24,436 bases of DNA from Pirellulaceae bacterium (GTDB taxonomy: Bacteria; Planctomycetota; Planctomycetia; Pirellulales; Pirellulaceae): the NCBI GenBank assembly GCA_022448315.1, contig JAKVCA010000049.1:1-24436 (forward strand), written 5' to 3'. Below the pieces are notes generated by a model. It worked only from the letters and a program-made list of their open reading frames with translations. It searched no databases and was not told the origin of the DNA. The position numbers were made by a program, and so were the translations under genes. Shown piece by piece: positions 8,518 to 18,896 of the stretch (position 1 is the first letter of the stretch; each line of letters begins with the position of its first letter).

Positions 8518-9543
8518 ATGGCCATTTGGATTTTGCGTTTCGTTTTTTTAGCCGTCTCGATAGGCGTGGGTGCCGCCCTGATGTCGGCGCCCGATTTCAG
8601 CAATGCGCCATGGCTCGTTTTGCCCGTGGTGATCTTGGGTGCGGTCACGTTCATCGTGATTGATGCGTTCACTCCCAAGAAGCGAATCGAGATCGTCTCC
8701 AGTGTGTACATCGGCATCGTTGTCGGCCTGTTTTTGACGTACCTACTTGGGCTTGCAGTCACCCCCTGGGTTTCGACGCTTACCGAGGGAGGAAAGGGCT
8801 CAACGGCGGTGACGAACATCCAATTGTTGGTCTCGATTGCTATCTGTTACGTCTGTATCTCGGTGCTCATTCAGACGAAGGACGATTTTCGATTCATTAT
8901 TCCCTATGTCGAGTTCTCCAAAGAGGTCAAAGGTGTTCGGCCACTGGTTCTCGACACGAGCGTCGTCATTGATGGCAGAATCGCTGACGTGGTGGATACG
9001 GGAATTCTCGATACACAACTGGTTATGCCGCGGTTCGTTTTGGCCGAACTTCAAGCCATCGCCGACAGTACGGATAAAATGCGGCGCGCACGAGGGCGAC
9101 GTGGGCTCGATGTGCTGAATAAACTCAGAAACAAACCGAACGTCGACTTCACCGTTTACGAGCGTGAACTTCCGGAGATGACGGGGCAACCCGTCGACAT
9201 GAAGGTGGTGCTGCTGGCCGATCATCTTGAAGGCAAAGTGGTGACCGGCGACTACAACCTGAACAAAGTGGCTCGCATTCATAATGTCCCCGTGATCAAC
9301 CTCAATGATATTGCGAATGCGCTGAAACCCGTCTTTCTTCCTGGCGAATCGGTGCAGGTGAAAATCGTCAAGCCGGGAGAAGAATCGACGCAGGGCGTTG
9401 GCTATCTCGATGACGGGACCATGATTGTTGTGGAAGGCGGTCGTGAGTACATCGGCCGCATGGTCGACATCGATGTGACCAGTGTTTTGCAGACCAGTGC
9501 GGGCAGGATGGTCTTTGGCCGCTACATTGGCCCCAAGCAGTAA
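8518..9543 (+). CDS. yacL: Membrane-anchored PIN and TRAM domain protein (YacL-like)
   Basis: Four N-terminal hydrophobic helices are followed by a PIN domain (PLVLDTSVVIDGRIADVVDTGILD...VVTGDYNLN) and a C-terminal TRAM beta-barrel (GESVQVKIVKPGEESTQGVGYLDDGTMIVVEGG...). The SD GGAAGGA is 10 nt upstream of the start. Confidence 0.8.
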   Translation: MAIWILRFVFLAVSIGVGAALMSAPDFSNAPWLVLPVVILGAVTFIVIDAFTPKKRIEIVSSVYIGIVVGLFLTYLLGLAVTPWVSTLTEGGKGSTAVTNIQLLVSIAICYVCISVLIQTKDDFRFIIPYVEFSKEVKGVRPLVLDTSVVIDGRIADVVDTGILDTQLVMPRFVLAELQAIADSTDKMRRARGRRGLDVLNKLRNKPNVDFTVYERELPEMTGQPVDMKVVLLADHLEGKVVTGDYNLNKVARIHNVPVINLNDIANALKPVFLPGESVQVKIVKPGEESTQGVGYLDDGTMIVVEGGREYIGRMVDIDVTSVLQTSAGRMVFGRYIGPKQ

Positions 9544-9566
9544 ACGCTCCTGCCCTCGTGTGCCCG

Positions 9567-10436
9567 CTATTGACCTTGCTGGTTTCGAAGCCGCTCGGAT
9601 GCCATATCACAGTACCGCTGGGAACAGTCGATTCCGATAAAATCTCGTTCAATCCGGAGGGAGACCAGGCCCGTCGTTCCGGAACCACAGAACGGATCAA
9701 GCACGACACCCTTGGGAGGACTCCCAGCCTTCACGCAATGTTCGACGAGCGATTCCGGGAAAACCGCGAAATGAGCATCTCGATATTTTGACAAGGGCAT
9801 GGACCAGACCGTCCGTTTGTTTCGTCCCTTCGGGTGAAACGCCTGATCCCATCGCCCATCGTGCAAATTGGGATTGCCACGGTTCTTGCCTGCCTCCGGC
9901 GTTCCGCCTCGTTTGCCCAAGTGCTTCCTCCCCCCCTTCATGCGGCTTTGATTCGTAAAGGTAACGTGAGGCTCTCGAATGGCGTCGGCGTCGTAGTAGT
10001 AGTCTTTGGTCGAACGAGTGAGCAGAAAAATGTACTCGTGGTCCGTTGTCGGTCGATTTTTCACCGCGGAGGGCATCGCATTCGGCTTGTGCCAGATAAT
10101 GTCACTTCGCAAGACCCAGCCGTCGGCCTGTAGAGCGAGCGCGACTCGCCAGGGGAGACCTTGGAGTTGCCCGTTGAGATATTTGTCACCCAGATTCAGC
10201 CAGAGTGTTCCTTCTGGTCGTAACACCCGTCGCACGGCACCAAAAATCTCGACGAGCGTGTCGACGTAATCCTCGATCGTTTTTTCATGACCGATCTGGA
10301 TATCCGATTCGTAGTCGCGTTGTCCATAATAAGGAGGGCTGGTCACGACCGTATCCACACTTGAATCATTCAAACGACTCAATCCCTTGCGGACGTCGCT
10401 GCAAATGACCTGGAATGTTGGGGAGTACTGAGGCAA
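9567..10436 (-). CDS. Beta-class DNA methyltransferase (SPPY motif IV, probably N4-cytosine or N6-adenine); no restriction partner in the window
   Basis: Motif IV TSPPYYGQRDY lies N-terminal to motif I VLDPFCGSGTTG, which is the beta-class order. TTG start at 10434-10436 with a strong AGGAGG 6 nt upstream. Lies 54 nt downstream of argS on the same strand. Confidence 0.8.
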   Translation of the reverse strand: MPQYSPTFQVICSDVRKGLSRLNDSSVDTVVTSPPYYGQRDYESDIQIGHEKTIEDYVDTLVEIFGAVRRVLRPEGTLWLNLGDKYLNGQLQGLPWRVALALQADGWVLRSDIIWHKPNAMPSAVKNRPTTDHEYIFLLTRSTKDYYYDADAIREPHVTFTNQSRMKGGRKHLGKRGGTPEAGKNRGNPNLHDGRWDQAFHPKGRNKRTVWSMPLSKYRDAHFAVFPESLVEHCVKAGSPPKGVVLDPFCGSGTTGLVSLRIERDFIGIDCSQRYCDMASERLRNQQGQ

Positions 10437-10490
10437 GAGTCGCCTCCTATGGACTTGGTCGCAATGGCATTACTGAATCGCATGAGGTCC

Positions 10491-12461
10491 TTACATGCGT
10501 TCAACGACATCGATGCCCAATAATGACAAGCCCGTTTTGAGCGTTCGACGGACCAGGTCACACAACGCCAGTCGGGTCTGGCGTGCAGTTTCATTTTCAG
10601 CCTCAAGCACCTTGCATTTCTCGTAGAACTGACCAAAGCCTGCGGTCAATTCATACAGATAGTTCGCGAGGGTATTCGGGGTGTAGTCGACCAGCGACTC
10701 GGCCAACGCATTTTCAAATCGCAGTAGGAGTAATCCGAGACGGCGTTCCTGATCACGATCAAGGGTGAGGCCTTTGACCGCTTGACGAAACGTGGACGAG
10801 TCAATTTCACCCTTTGCAAAAATCCCGTTAACCCTCGCGTAAGGGTAGAGGAGATAAGGGGCCGTGTTGCCCTTCAAGGCCAGCATCTTGTCGTAACTGA
10901 ATTCGTAGTCGCTCGCCCGATTCTGGGACAGGTCGGCATATTTCAAAGCGCCGAGTCCGACGACTTCCGCGATCTGTTGCCGTTCTGCTTCCTCGAACTT
11001 GAGGTCGGCACTTTTCTCGAGATTTTGATCCACCACTGACCTGGCTCGCTGGACGGCTTCGTCGAGCAGTCCTTCGAGTCCGACCGTATCGCCGGATCGT
11101 GTTTTGTAAGGTTTGCCGTCGGGTCCCATGACCGTGCCAAAGGCAACATGGCGAAACTCGGTTTGCTCGTAACCCCAAACATCCGCAGCCGCGAAGAGTT
11201 TGGCAAAATGTTCATGTTGCCGATGGTCCACCACGTAGAGGACGACATCGGGGTTCCACTTTTGCATTCGGTAACGAATGGTAGCCAAGTCCGTGGTTGC
11301 GTAAAGAAATGCGCCGTCGCGCTTCTGGATGATCATGGGCGAATCGAAGGCGTCGAGGAAAACGCACAGAGCGCCGTCGGACTCCGTCGCAAGGCCTCGA
11401 CTCTTGAATTCTTCGACGACTTCACCGAGCCAAGGCTGGTAGAAGCTCTCACCTAATTCGTGGTCGAAATCGATATCCAGCCGTTGATAGATTTTCTGAA
11501 TATCATCACGGCATGCGGGTAGGAACTCGTCCCAAAGCTGTCGATTCGTGGGATCACCCGCGTGGAGATCGGCCGTTTCATTGAGGACTGCTTGATTGAT
11601 CCCGGAATGCGCATTTGCGACTTGAAGCAGAGACTCATCCTGTTCAACATCTTGAATCAGTTGTTCCGCTTTGGCGAGTTGGTTTTGAGTGTCCTTCCTC
11701 TTTTCATTCAAGCGGGCAAGTTCTTTGCGAAGCTTCTTGGCATCCGGCTTGGCTGCCCCTTCAAGTTGTTCCTCTTTCTGCTTCGCCTGCTCGGCAAGCT
11801 TGAAGATTTGGGAGGAGAGATCCGGAAGGCTCGCTTGACTATAGTGGTAGTCCATTAACCTGCGCACGAAGCGGTACAGTCGGCCGAGTTCATCGATCGG
11901 CGTCCTCTTATAGCGTTCTTCGTCGACAAAGTGCTTGTATCCGTAGATGATCATGCCAAACTGTGTACCCCAATCGCCCAGATGATTGTCCGTAATGACA
12001 CGGTGGCCGACGAAGCGGAGGATGCGGGCGAGACTGTCACCAATGACCGTGGACCGAATGTGGCCGACGTGCATGGGCTTGGCGACATTTGGGGATGAAT
12101 AATCCAGGATGTAGGTCTTGGGTGCGGCGGCACTGGAAACCCCCAAATTCGGATCCTTGAGCATGGTGCTCAGTTCATTTGCGATCCAGTCCGTTTTGAG
12201 TTTTAAATTGATAAACCCGGGGCCCGCGATTTCCGGAGTTTCACACCAGTTCGAAATATCAAGTTGATCAATGATCTTTTGAGCAACTTCCCTGGGGGGC
12301 AGACCGATTTTTTTGCCCAAAGGCATCGCCATATTCGCCTGATAATCGCCGAAGCGAGCATCCTGCGCCGGACGAATCATCTCGAGGTAAGGTCCGTGTT
12401 CCGGAACCATGTTCTCTAGTACGGACTGAAAGGCGGCTTGTAATCTGGACAAAACATTCAT
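10491..12461 (-). CDS. argS: Arginine--tRNA ligase with a coiled-coil insertion of about 100 aa
   Basis: MNVLSRLQAAFQSVL aligns with the E. coli ArgRS N-terminus (MNIQALLSEKV). HIGH-region PNVAKPMHVGHIRSTVIGD, DWGTQFG, and a C-terminal DALR anticodon-binding domain are present. The start is likely the ATG at 12459-12461, not the TTG at 12494 used by the track. Confidence 0.9.
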   Translation of the reverse strand: MNVLSRLQAAFQSVLENMVPEHGPYLEMIRPAQDARFGDYQANMAMPLGKKIGLPPREVAQKIIDQLDISNWCETPEIAGPGFINLKLKTDWIANELSTMLKDPNLGVSSAAAPKTYILDYSSPNVAKPMHVGHIRSTVIGDSLARILRFVGHRVITDNHLGDWGTQFGMIIYGYKHFVDEERYKRTPIDELGRLYRFVRRLMDYHYSQASLPDLSSQIFKLAEQAKQKEEQLEGAAKPDAKKLRKELARLNEKRKDTQNQLAKAEQLIQDVEQDESLLQVANAHSGINQAVLNETADLHAGDPTNRQLWDEFLPACRDDIQKIYQRLDIDFDHELGESFYQPWLGEVVEEFKSRGLATESDGALCVFLDAFDSPMIIQKRDGAFLYATTDLATIRYRMQKWNPDVVLYVVDHRQHEHFAKLFAAADVWGYEQTEFRHVAFGTVMGPDGKPYKTRSGDTVGLEGLLDEAVQRARSVVDQNLEKSADLKFEEAERQQIAEVVGLGALKYADLSQNRASDYEFSYDKMLALKGNTAPYLLYPYARVNGIFAKGEIDSSTFRQAVKGLTLDRDQERRLGLLLLRFENALAESLVDYTPNTLANYLYELTAGFGQFYEKCKVLEAENETARQTRLALCDLVRRTLKTGLSLLGIDVVERM

Positions 12462-12855
12462 GGATCGTCGTGCCGGTATGGGTAGGGGGATCAAAACAGC
12501 ACTCTAGGGCGGGAGTGCGACCGCGGCTTTTATCGGTTTGCGCGAAACGGAAGCTACGAGTATAGAAATCGTCGAAGCTCGCATAAACCCGACCCACAAG
12601 AGAATCGATTGGGGTTGAACGGCTTGAAAGTGGTAGAACTTGGGAACGGCAAAATGGGAGTCTCAGCCCAGGAACGCCCAGAGGTTTGCCACTGGTCGGT
12701 CGTTGCGAGGAGTGTCAATTTTCAGTGGTCGTGTTTTGTTTGGAATGGCAAGTTCTTCAGGTTCGCAAGTTATTAATTTGAAATGACTTATGGTTTCTGT
12801 TGCTCGGCGTTGGCCCGTTGTTTGATTAAGGGATTTCTGGTATAAAATTGGATTG

Positions 12856-12955
12856 CTGAAACTCGATTCGAAAAGCCATTTCAGTCCGGGCAACGAATGC
12901 CCCTGAGACTCGATTCGGCTGTCAGGAAAGGACGCGAAATTGTCGACCGATTCGG
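12856..12955 (+). repeat. Triplicated CGATTCG(G/A) motif in the gyrA 5' region; two copies sit in an imperfect 15-nt direct repeat CTGA(A/G)ACTCGATTCG
   Basis: Copies are at 12856-12870 (ctgaaactcgattcg), 12904-12918 (ctgagactcgattcg) and 12948-12955 (cgattcgg, just inside the gyrA start). Spacing is about 48 and 44 bp. The hairpin GGGCA-acgaa-TGCCC at 12889-12903 lies between copies. Confidence 0.3.
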
Positions 12956-15729
12956 AGACACCAGACGATCAGAACCCGGATGATGCTCAGCCCTCGGTTG
13001 ATCGAATCCTGGATCAATCGATCGATAAAGAGTTGAAAGACAGTTACTTGACCTACGCAATGAGCGTCATCGTCAGCCGCGCGTTGCCTGATGTTAGAGA
13101 CGGCTTGAAACCTTCTCAACGCCGGATCTTGGTCGCCATGAACGATCTCAATCTTTCCCCTGGCGCTTCCAGGGTTAAATGCGCAAAGATCTCTGGGGAT
13201 ACCAGCGGAAACTATCATCCGCACGGCGAAAGCGTGATCTATCCGACGCTCGTTCGAATGGCGCAGGAATGGAACATGCGCAGCATTCTGATTGATAAGC
13301 AGGGTAACTTTGGATCGATTGCGGGCCTTCCTCCCGCGGCGATGCGATATACCGAGGCACGCCTGTCATCAGTCGCGTCACTGATGCTCGAGGATCTGAA
13401 GCTGGATACGGTGGATTACGTACCCACTTATGATGAACGCAACCTTGAGCCGACGGTATTGCCAAGCAAGTTCCCGAATCTGCTGGTGAATGGGAGTAGC
13501 GGGATCGCCGTCAGTATGGCGACCTCAATCCCCCCTCATAATCTACGTGAAGTCTGTGCCGCCCTGATTTTACTGATTGACCGACCCGAGGCGTCGATCG
13601 ACGAAATCATGGAGGTCCTTCCTGGTCCCGACTTCCCCACGGGCGGAGTAATCTGTGGACGAGCTGCGATTCGTCAGGGGTATCACACGGGTCGCAGTAC
13701 CATTGTGGTCCGGGCACGCTGTCGAATCGAAGAGCACCGAAAAAACAGGCATCGCATTGTTGTCACCGAGATCCCTTTTCAGCAAACGCGTGACGCGATC
13801 GTTGAAAAAATTGCCTCGCTGGTCAATGGCGATAAGGTCAAGGGGATTTCTGCGATTCAGGATGTGAGTGACCTTAAAGAGCCGGTCAAGCTTCACATCG
13901 ACATCAAGCAAGGCGCAGACCCTGATGTCATCCTCAATCAGCTTTATCAGTACTCCCCCCTTCAGTCATCGATCTCGATGATTTTCCTGGCTCTGGTCGA
14001 TGGAAAGCCACGAGAGCTGACGGTTAAGGGCCTCTTGGAGGAGTTTCTGCGACACCGCGTCGTTGTCATTCGCCGTCGCACCCAATTCCTTCTGGCTCGC
14101 GCTCGCAAACGGAAACATACGGTCGAGGGCTTGCTCTTAGCACTCGCCAACATCGATGAAATCATCCAGATCATTCGGGCTTCTAAAACTCAAGCCGAAG
14201 CAAAAATCTCGTTGATGGGAGTCGAGTGTCCCGCGTCGATGATGCAGCGGGCACTGGGAAATGATGGCTTCGAGCAGTTTCAGGAAGAACGCGGGGCGGC
14301 TGATGTGTACCGGCTGACGGCCGTTCAGGCCGATGCGATCCTGCGAATGACTCTTGGTCAGTTGGTGAACCTCGAGCAGGAACGTCTAGGGGACGAACAC
14401 CGCAAATTGCTCAATGAGATCGGTGAATACCTGCGTATCCTGAGTGATGAAGACAATATCTATAAGATCATCCGAGATGACTTGGATGAGATCATCAGAA
14501 AGCATGGGGATGAACGTCGCACCGAGATCTCCGGTGAAGAACTCGGCAACATCAATGTTGAGGATCTGATCGCAGAAGAGAACATGGTGGTGTCGATCAG
14601 TCATCGAGGTTACATCAAGAGAACGCCCGTCAGTACCTATCGTGCCCAGCGACGTGGAGGGAAGGGGCTGAAAGGTGCCAAGACGGAGAACGAGGATCCG
14701 ATCGAACATTTGTTTGCGGCGAGCACCCATGATTACCTCCTGTTTTTTACTAACCAAGGCAAGGTTTACTGGCAGAAGGTTTATGGACTTCCTCAGTTGA
14801 GCCGAGAGAGCCGCGGAAGAGCCATCGTGAATCTTTTGAACCTGGCGGAAGGTGAGAAGATTGCCGATTGTCGAGCCGTAAGGAACTTTGACCTCGAAGA
14901 CCACTTTCTTGTGATGGCGACCAAGAGTGGCCTTGTCAAAAAGACGGCACTCGGCGCTTACGGTCGACCCAAGAAGGGTGGAATCATCGCGATCAAGCTG
15001 CGTGATGACGATGAGCTCATTGATATTGGAATCACCAAACCCGGAGATGAACTGATCCTTTCGACGGCTCAGGGCATGGCCATACGATTCGCACAGGACG
15101 AGATTCGTGCCATGGGTCGGAATACCAGTGGCGTCAAAGGGATCTCGTTGTCAGCGAATGATCAGGTGGTTGGCATGGTGGTTGCCGATCCTGAGGCAAC
15201 CTTGCTGACCGTTTGTGAACATGGCTACGGCAAGAGAACGCCGTTTGGTCCGCACGCTGCGGAGATTGCAAATCTCGCGCAAGGCGATGAAGACGAGTTG
15301 AGTTCCAGCTCGCGGTACCGAACCCAAAAGCGTGGTGGCAAAGGTTTGAGGGACATCAAGGCGACCGCTCGAAACGGTCAAGTGATCTCCATCAATCGCG
15401 TGGATGATGAGGACGAAATTCTCATGATGACGGCTCGCGGAAAAATCCAGCGAGTTGCGGTCAATGAAATTGGTGTCATTGGCCGAAACACTCAGGGCGT
15501 AAGAATCATGAGTCTCGATGATGGGGATGCGTTAGCCGGAATCGTGCGAGTCCCACAGGAGGAAGAGGAAGACGGCAAGAGCGAGGCCAAATCGACGGAG
15601 GCAAAGGATGACGAAGCTTCCGAAGCACCGCTTTCCGAATCGGAGCCATCCGATTCAGCAGAAAAAGGTTCAAATGACACCGGGACAAATGACGTAGAAC
15701 CCCAGGCAGGGGATGAGCAAGACGACTAA
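12940..15729 (+). CDS. gyrA: DNA gyrase subunit A
   Basis: [26 protein letters not shown] contains the active-site region. The GyrA box QRRGGKG at 14647-14667 marks gyrase rather than ParC. There is a beta-pinwheel C-terminal domain and an acidic C-terminal tail. TTG start at 12940 with GGAAAGGA upstream. A stop at 12904-12906 rules out a longer N-terminus. Confidence 0.9.
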   Translation: MSTDSETPDDQNPDDAQPSVDRILDQSIDKELKDSYLTYAMSVIVSRALPDVRDGLKPSQRRILVAMNDLNLSPGASRVKCAKISGDTSGNYHPHGESVIYPTLVRMAQEWNMRSILIDKQGNFGSIAGLPPAAMRYTEARLSSVASLMLEDLKLDTVDYVPTYDERNLEPTVLPSKFPNLLVNGSSGIAVSMATSIPPHNLREVCAALILLIDRPEASIDEIMEVLPGPDFPTGGVICGRAAIRQGYHTGRSTIVVRARCRIEEHRKNRHRIVVTEIPFQQTRDAIVEKIASLVNGDKVKGISAIQDVSDLKEPVKLHIDIKQGADPDVILNQLYQYSPLQSSISMIFLALVDGKPRELTVKGLLEEFLRHRVVVIRRRTQFLLARARKRKHTVEGLLLALANIDEIIQIIRASKTQAEAKISLMGVECPASMMQRALGNDGFEQFQEERGAADVYRLTAVQADAILRMTLGQLVNLEQERLGDEHRKLLNEIGEYLRILSDEDNIYKIIRDDLDEIIRKHGDERRTEISGEELGNINVEDLIAEENMVVSISHRGYIKRTPVSTYRAQRRGGKGLKGAKTENEDPIEHLFAASTHDYLLFFTNQGKVYWQKVYGLPQLSRESRGRAIVNLLNLAEGEKIADCRAVRNFDLEDHFLVMATKSGLVKKTALGAYGRPKKGGIIAIKLRDDDELIDIGITKPGDELILSTAQGMAIRFAQDEIRAMGRNTSGVKGISLSANDQVVGMVVADPEATLLTVCEHGYGKRTPFGPHAAEIANLAQGDEDELSSSSRYRTQKRGGKGLRDIKATARNGQVISINRVDDEDEILMMTARGKIQRVAVNEIGVIGRNTQGVRIMSLDDGDALAGIVRVPQEEEEDGKSEAKSTEAKDDEASEAPLSESEPSDSAEKGSNDTGTNDVEPQAGDEQDD

Positions 15730-15735
15730 GTAATC

Positions 15736-15777
15736 ATGACTTGTTGGTGCAAGCCACAAGCTGTTCTAGCAAGTCAT
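15736..15777 (+). repeat. Inverted repeat / hairpin immediately 3' of gyrA
   Basis: ATGACTTG (15736-15743) and CAAGTCAT (15770-15777) are perfect 8-bp arms around a 26-nt loop containing a nested TTGT/ACAA pair. No U-tract follows. It could be a U-less terminator or a processing site. Confidence 0.3.
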
Positions 15778-15942
15778 TAGCGTATGGCTCGTTGATTCGG
15801 CCTGTGACCGGCAGTTTTCAATGGATCGGTGGCCGGACTGGTGATCTAAACGATCCTCTTAAAAATCGTTCAGGTCGTTTGAGTGTAGGGCTTCGGGCCA
15901 CAGCGTCTCATCAGGATAACATTCATTGCTCAGGACGGTTCA

Positions 15943-16908
15943 GTGCGGTTCTTCATTACCGGAATCACAGGTTTTGTCGGTTCGCATCTGGCCGATTTGT
16001 TTGTGCGAAACGGTGACGAAGTAAGAGGGACTTCCCAGATGGGGCAATGGAGGTCCGAAATCCCGGTTGCCACTCGCAAGTCGGTGTCTCTGCGGTCATG
16101 GGATATCTCCCAGCAAGCGTCAAGTGATCTGCTAACCTGGTTCGCCGACTATCGTCCAGACGCCGTCATTCATTTGGCAGGGGCAAGCATTCCCGCCGAT
16201 TGTGGTGCGATAGAACCGAATGACCTGGCAATTCGGAGCAATGTCGAAGGAACACGTTCGCTTTTGGACCTGATTGAACGGGCGGATCTGTCGCCGCATT
16301 TCATTCATGCGAGCAGCTGCCATGTTTATCCTCACCCCTCCCGTCAGACACCTCCGGTACGCGAAACCGATGAAGTGGCTCCCGCAAACGGTTACGGAAA
16401 AACCAAGTTGGAGTCCGAGAGGATCTGTGCGGCTTACCAGCAGCGATTGAAGATGCCGTTAACCATCGTGCGTGGATTTCAACATACCGGGGCCCGGCAA
16501 GCGGCACGAATGTTGTTACCTGAGTGGACACTGCAGGTCATGCAGGGCTCAGAATGCCTCAAGGTCCGTTGCCTCAATACCCAATTGGACTTGATGGATG
16601 TCCGGGACACCGTGGCCATTTACGCCCAGCTGGCGATGATGGCGGAGGGGCAGGGGATCGTAAATTTGGGTTGCGGTGTTCCCACTCACGGCTCAGAAAT
16701 TGCAGCTGCACTAAGAACTGTTTCTGGCCGGGAATTTACGATTGAGTCGGATCAGCCAGGCCCCCGATTCAACCCGTTGGCCGATACCGAGAGGTTGTGT
16801 CGCATCGTTAGGCTGGAACCTCGTGTTGGACTGGTGGACACGGTTCAAGCCACTTGGGAGTTCTGGAAAAAAATACTCGAAAACTCGCCGGAGCCATTTC
16901 GAAAATAA
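15943..16908 (+). CDS. NAD-dependent epimerase/dehydratase (extended SDR; sugar-nucleotide epimerase/reductase family)
   Basis: Rossmann motif FFITGITGFVGSHL at the N-terminus and catalytic YxxxK (NGYGKTKLESE). GTG start at 15943 with AGGACGG 5 nt upstream. Confidence 0.75.
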   Translation: MRFFITGITGFVGSHLADLFVRNGDEVRGTSQMGQWRSEIPVATRKSVSLRSWDISQQASSDLLTWFADYRPDAVIHLAGASIPADCGAIEPNDLAIRSNVEGTRSLLDLIERADLSPHFIHASSCHVYPHPSRQTPPVRETDEVAPANGYGKTKLESERICAAYQQRLKMPLTIVRGFQHTGARQAARMLLPEWTLQVMQGSECLKVRCLNTQLDLMDVRDTVAIYAQLAMMAEGQGIVNLGCGVPTHGSEIAAALRTVSGREFTIESDQPGPRFNPLADTERLCRIVRLEPRVGLVDTVQATWEFWKKILENSPEPFRK

Positions 16909-16951
16909 TTGAACGGTGTGTTCTGCCACATCAAGCGTTTGTGCTTCGTCC

Positions 16952-18469
16952 TTATTTGATGCCATGGCGTCTGCGATCTTTTGTTGCGGATTGCATGAAA
17001 TCGGAGAACACCACGTTTAGTTCCGCCACCTTGTTGGGGAACTGATCGGCAAGGTTTCGGGATTCCGCCGCGTCCTCTCGAAGGTTGAAAAGCATCTCTT
17101 CCTGTTGCGGGACTTTGGGATAAACCGTGGTGAAGGGCTGTGCAGCGACGCTCACCCATTTCCAGTCCCCGGCGATAACCGCGGCCTGTCGACGGGAATT
17201 GAAGACGATAGGCTGCGAGCGCTGAAAGGGTTTTCCTTGTAGAAGTGGATTCAAGCTGATGCCATCAAAGTTTACATTGGGACTTTGAGGAAGTTTTAGC
17301 AGGTCGATCAGGGTCGGGGCATAATCAAGGGTGGACATCGGAACTTCGGATTGGCCGGCCGCAATTTTTCCCGGCCAAAGGAGAAAGGCTGGAACACGAA
17401 TTCCGCCCTCGAAAAGATCCCGTTTTCGCCCCCGGAGATGGGCCGCGGTCCCGGGCCCGCGGCGGTGGTCCTCTTGGTCCCTTCGGGCCTGACCTTCTGG
17501 ACCATTGTCAGAGCAAAAGGCGATGAGGGTATTGTCAGAAATCCCTTGAGTTTCCACCGTTTCACGCAGTTGGCCCATCGCACGATCCATTGCCGTAATG
17601 CACCCAAAGTAGTGTTGGGCATAATCATCCCAGTCCGCGTAGGGTCTTCGATCCTCCTCGCTAGCCACAACCGGGAGATGTGGGGCATGGAACCATACGA
17701 TGGCCAGAAACGGTTTTTTCGTTTCCACGCAGTCTTCGATAAAGTCGGAGGTTTTTCGCACGATGAGTTCCGAATCATCACCTTCAATTCCTGAAGTGAC
17801 TTTTTTTCCGTTTTGGTCCCAGTAGGACGTCCCGTACGCAAGCCGTTTCTGATTCGATTCGAGTGCAGCCCACCACGTGCCACCCGCATTCTCGGGTTTG
17901 ACAAGCGGGTCGAAGGTTGGAACTTTGGACTCGGTCGAAAAGCAGGTGTCAAACCCGCGTAACTGTGGCGGTGCATGGTGTTTCTGATTTCTCGCGCCAC
18001 CACGATTCGCATCCGTCCCAATCTTGGTCAGCGTCCCCAGATGCCACTTGCCAAAATGGCCCGTGCGATAGCCTGCTGCACGCAGGGTTTCTGCAAGATT
18101 GAACTCCTGAAGCGGAAGATGGCCGGTATTCGCAAAATCAATCCCGTACCGAGTCGGGTGCCGGCCTGTCAAAACGGAACCACGAGTCGGCGAGCAGACC
18201 GGCGCTCCCGCATAAAATCGGTTCAGGATAAGGCCTTCCTGAGCCATCGAATCGAGGTTCGGAGTGCGAATCGTGGTGTTGCCATTAAATCCGACATCAC
18301 CCCAGCCGAGGTCATCCGCCATCACAAGGATGATGTTGGGACGACCCGAGGGCGGCACTTCGCCAGATTCTCGACCCTCACACGCCGTCGCAAAAAGCAA
18401 TATGAAGCCGAGGTTGGGTCGCAGGAAGACGCGTGTGGCGTCAAAAAAAACGCGAAAGACTGATCTCAT
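16952..18469 (-). CDS. Sulfatase (formylglycine-dependent arylsulfatase family), exported
   Basis: Sulfatase signature PNIILVMADDLGWGDVGFNGN...APVCSPTRGSVLTGRHP (C-x-P-x-R) and GKWHLG. The start is likely the ATG at 18467-18469, giving MRSVFRVFFDATRVFLRPNLGFILLFATA|CEG, a signal peptide with an AxA cleavage site. The track's 26-aa upstream extension is improbable. Confidence 0.85.
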   Translation of the reverse strand: MRSVFRVFFDATRVFLRPNLGFILLFATACEGRESGEVPPSGRPNIILVMADDLGWGDVGFNGNTTIRTPNLDSMAQEGLILNRFYAGAPVCSPTRGSVLTGRHPTRYGIDFANTGHLPLQEFNLAETLRAAGYRTGHFGKWHLGTLTKIGTDANRGGARNQKHHAPPQLRGFDTCFSTESKVPTFDPLVKPENAGGTWWAALESNQKRLAYGTSYWDQNGKKVTSGIEGDDSELIVRKTSDFIEDCVETKKPFLAIVWFHAPHLPVVASEEDRRPYADWDDYAQHYFGCITAMDRAMGQLRETVETQGISDNTLIAFCSDNGPEGQARRDQEDHRRGPGTAAHLRGRKRDLFEGGIRVPAFLLWPGKIAAGQSEVPMSTLDYAPTLIDLLKLPQSPNVNFDGISLNPLLQGKPFQRSQPIVFNSRRQAAVIAGDWKWVSVAAQPFTTVYPKVPQQEEMLFNLREDAAESRNLADQFPNKVAELNVVFSDFMQSATKDRRRHGIK

Positions 18470-18896
18470 TTTACAATTCCAGAGCGTTGGGCAGGCCTGG
18501 CCGAATGATTTGACGCTCGGCCATTGACTGCAGGGATGCGACATGGCCACGGTTCAGGATCGCCAGAACGTGTGTTGGGCTCGCCAGATAATTCCATATT
18601 CATCGGCGAGGCGAGCAATGCCTTCAGTTTATCGCATCGTGATGGCGCTTGCTTGGTCTTGCGACCAATCCGTTCTCCCTGATCGAAAACACCGCCAACA
18701 CGATCTTGTGATCCGCGAAAACTCGACATAAATCTCGCCCACGCTTTCCAGGGATTCACTGAAAGTCAGGGGGCACCTGCTTGACGTTGGAGTTTGTAAC
18801 GTCGAAATTGGAATCAGGACGTCGGGGCGTTGCCGCTGCCTTTCGTACAATCTATGCCTACCACGGTGAGCCCATTATCGAGGTCGAGACTTCAAG

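Noticed and set aside
17308-18021. 237-aa minus-strand and 147-aa plus-strand ORFs inside the sulfatase gene
   Set aside because: They overlap, in other frames, a sulfatase reading frame that carries the diagnostic C-x-P-x-R and metal-binding motifs. No independent support.
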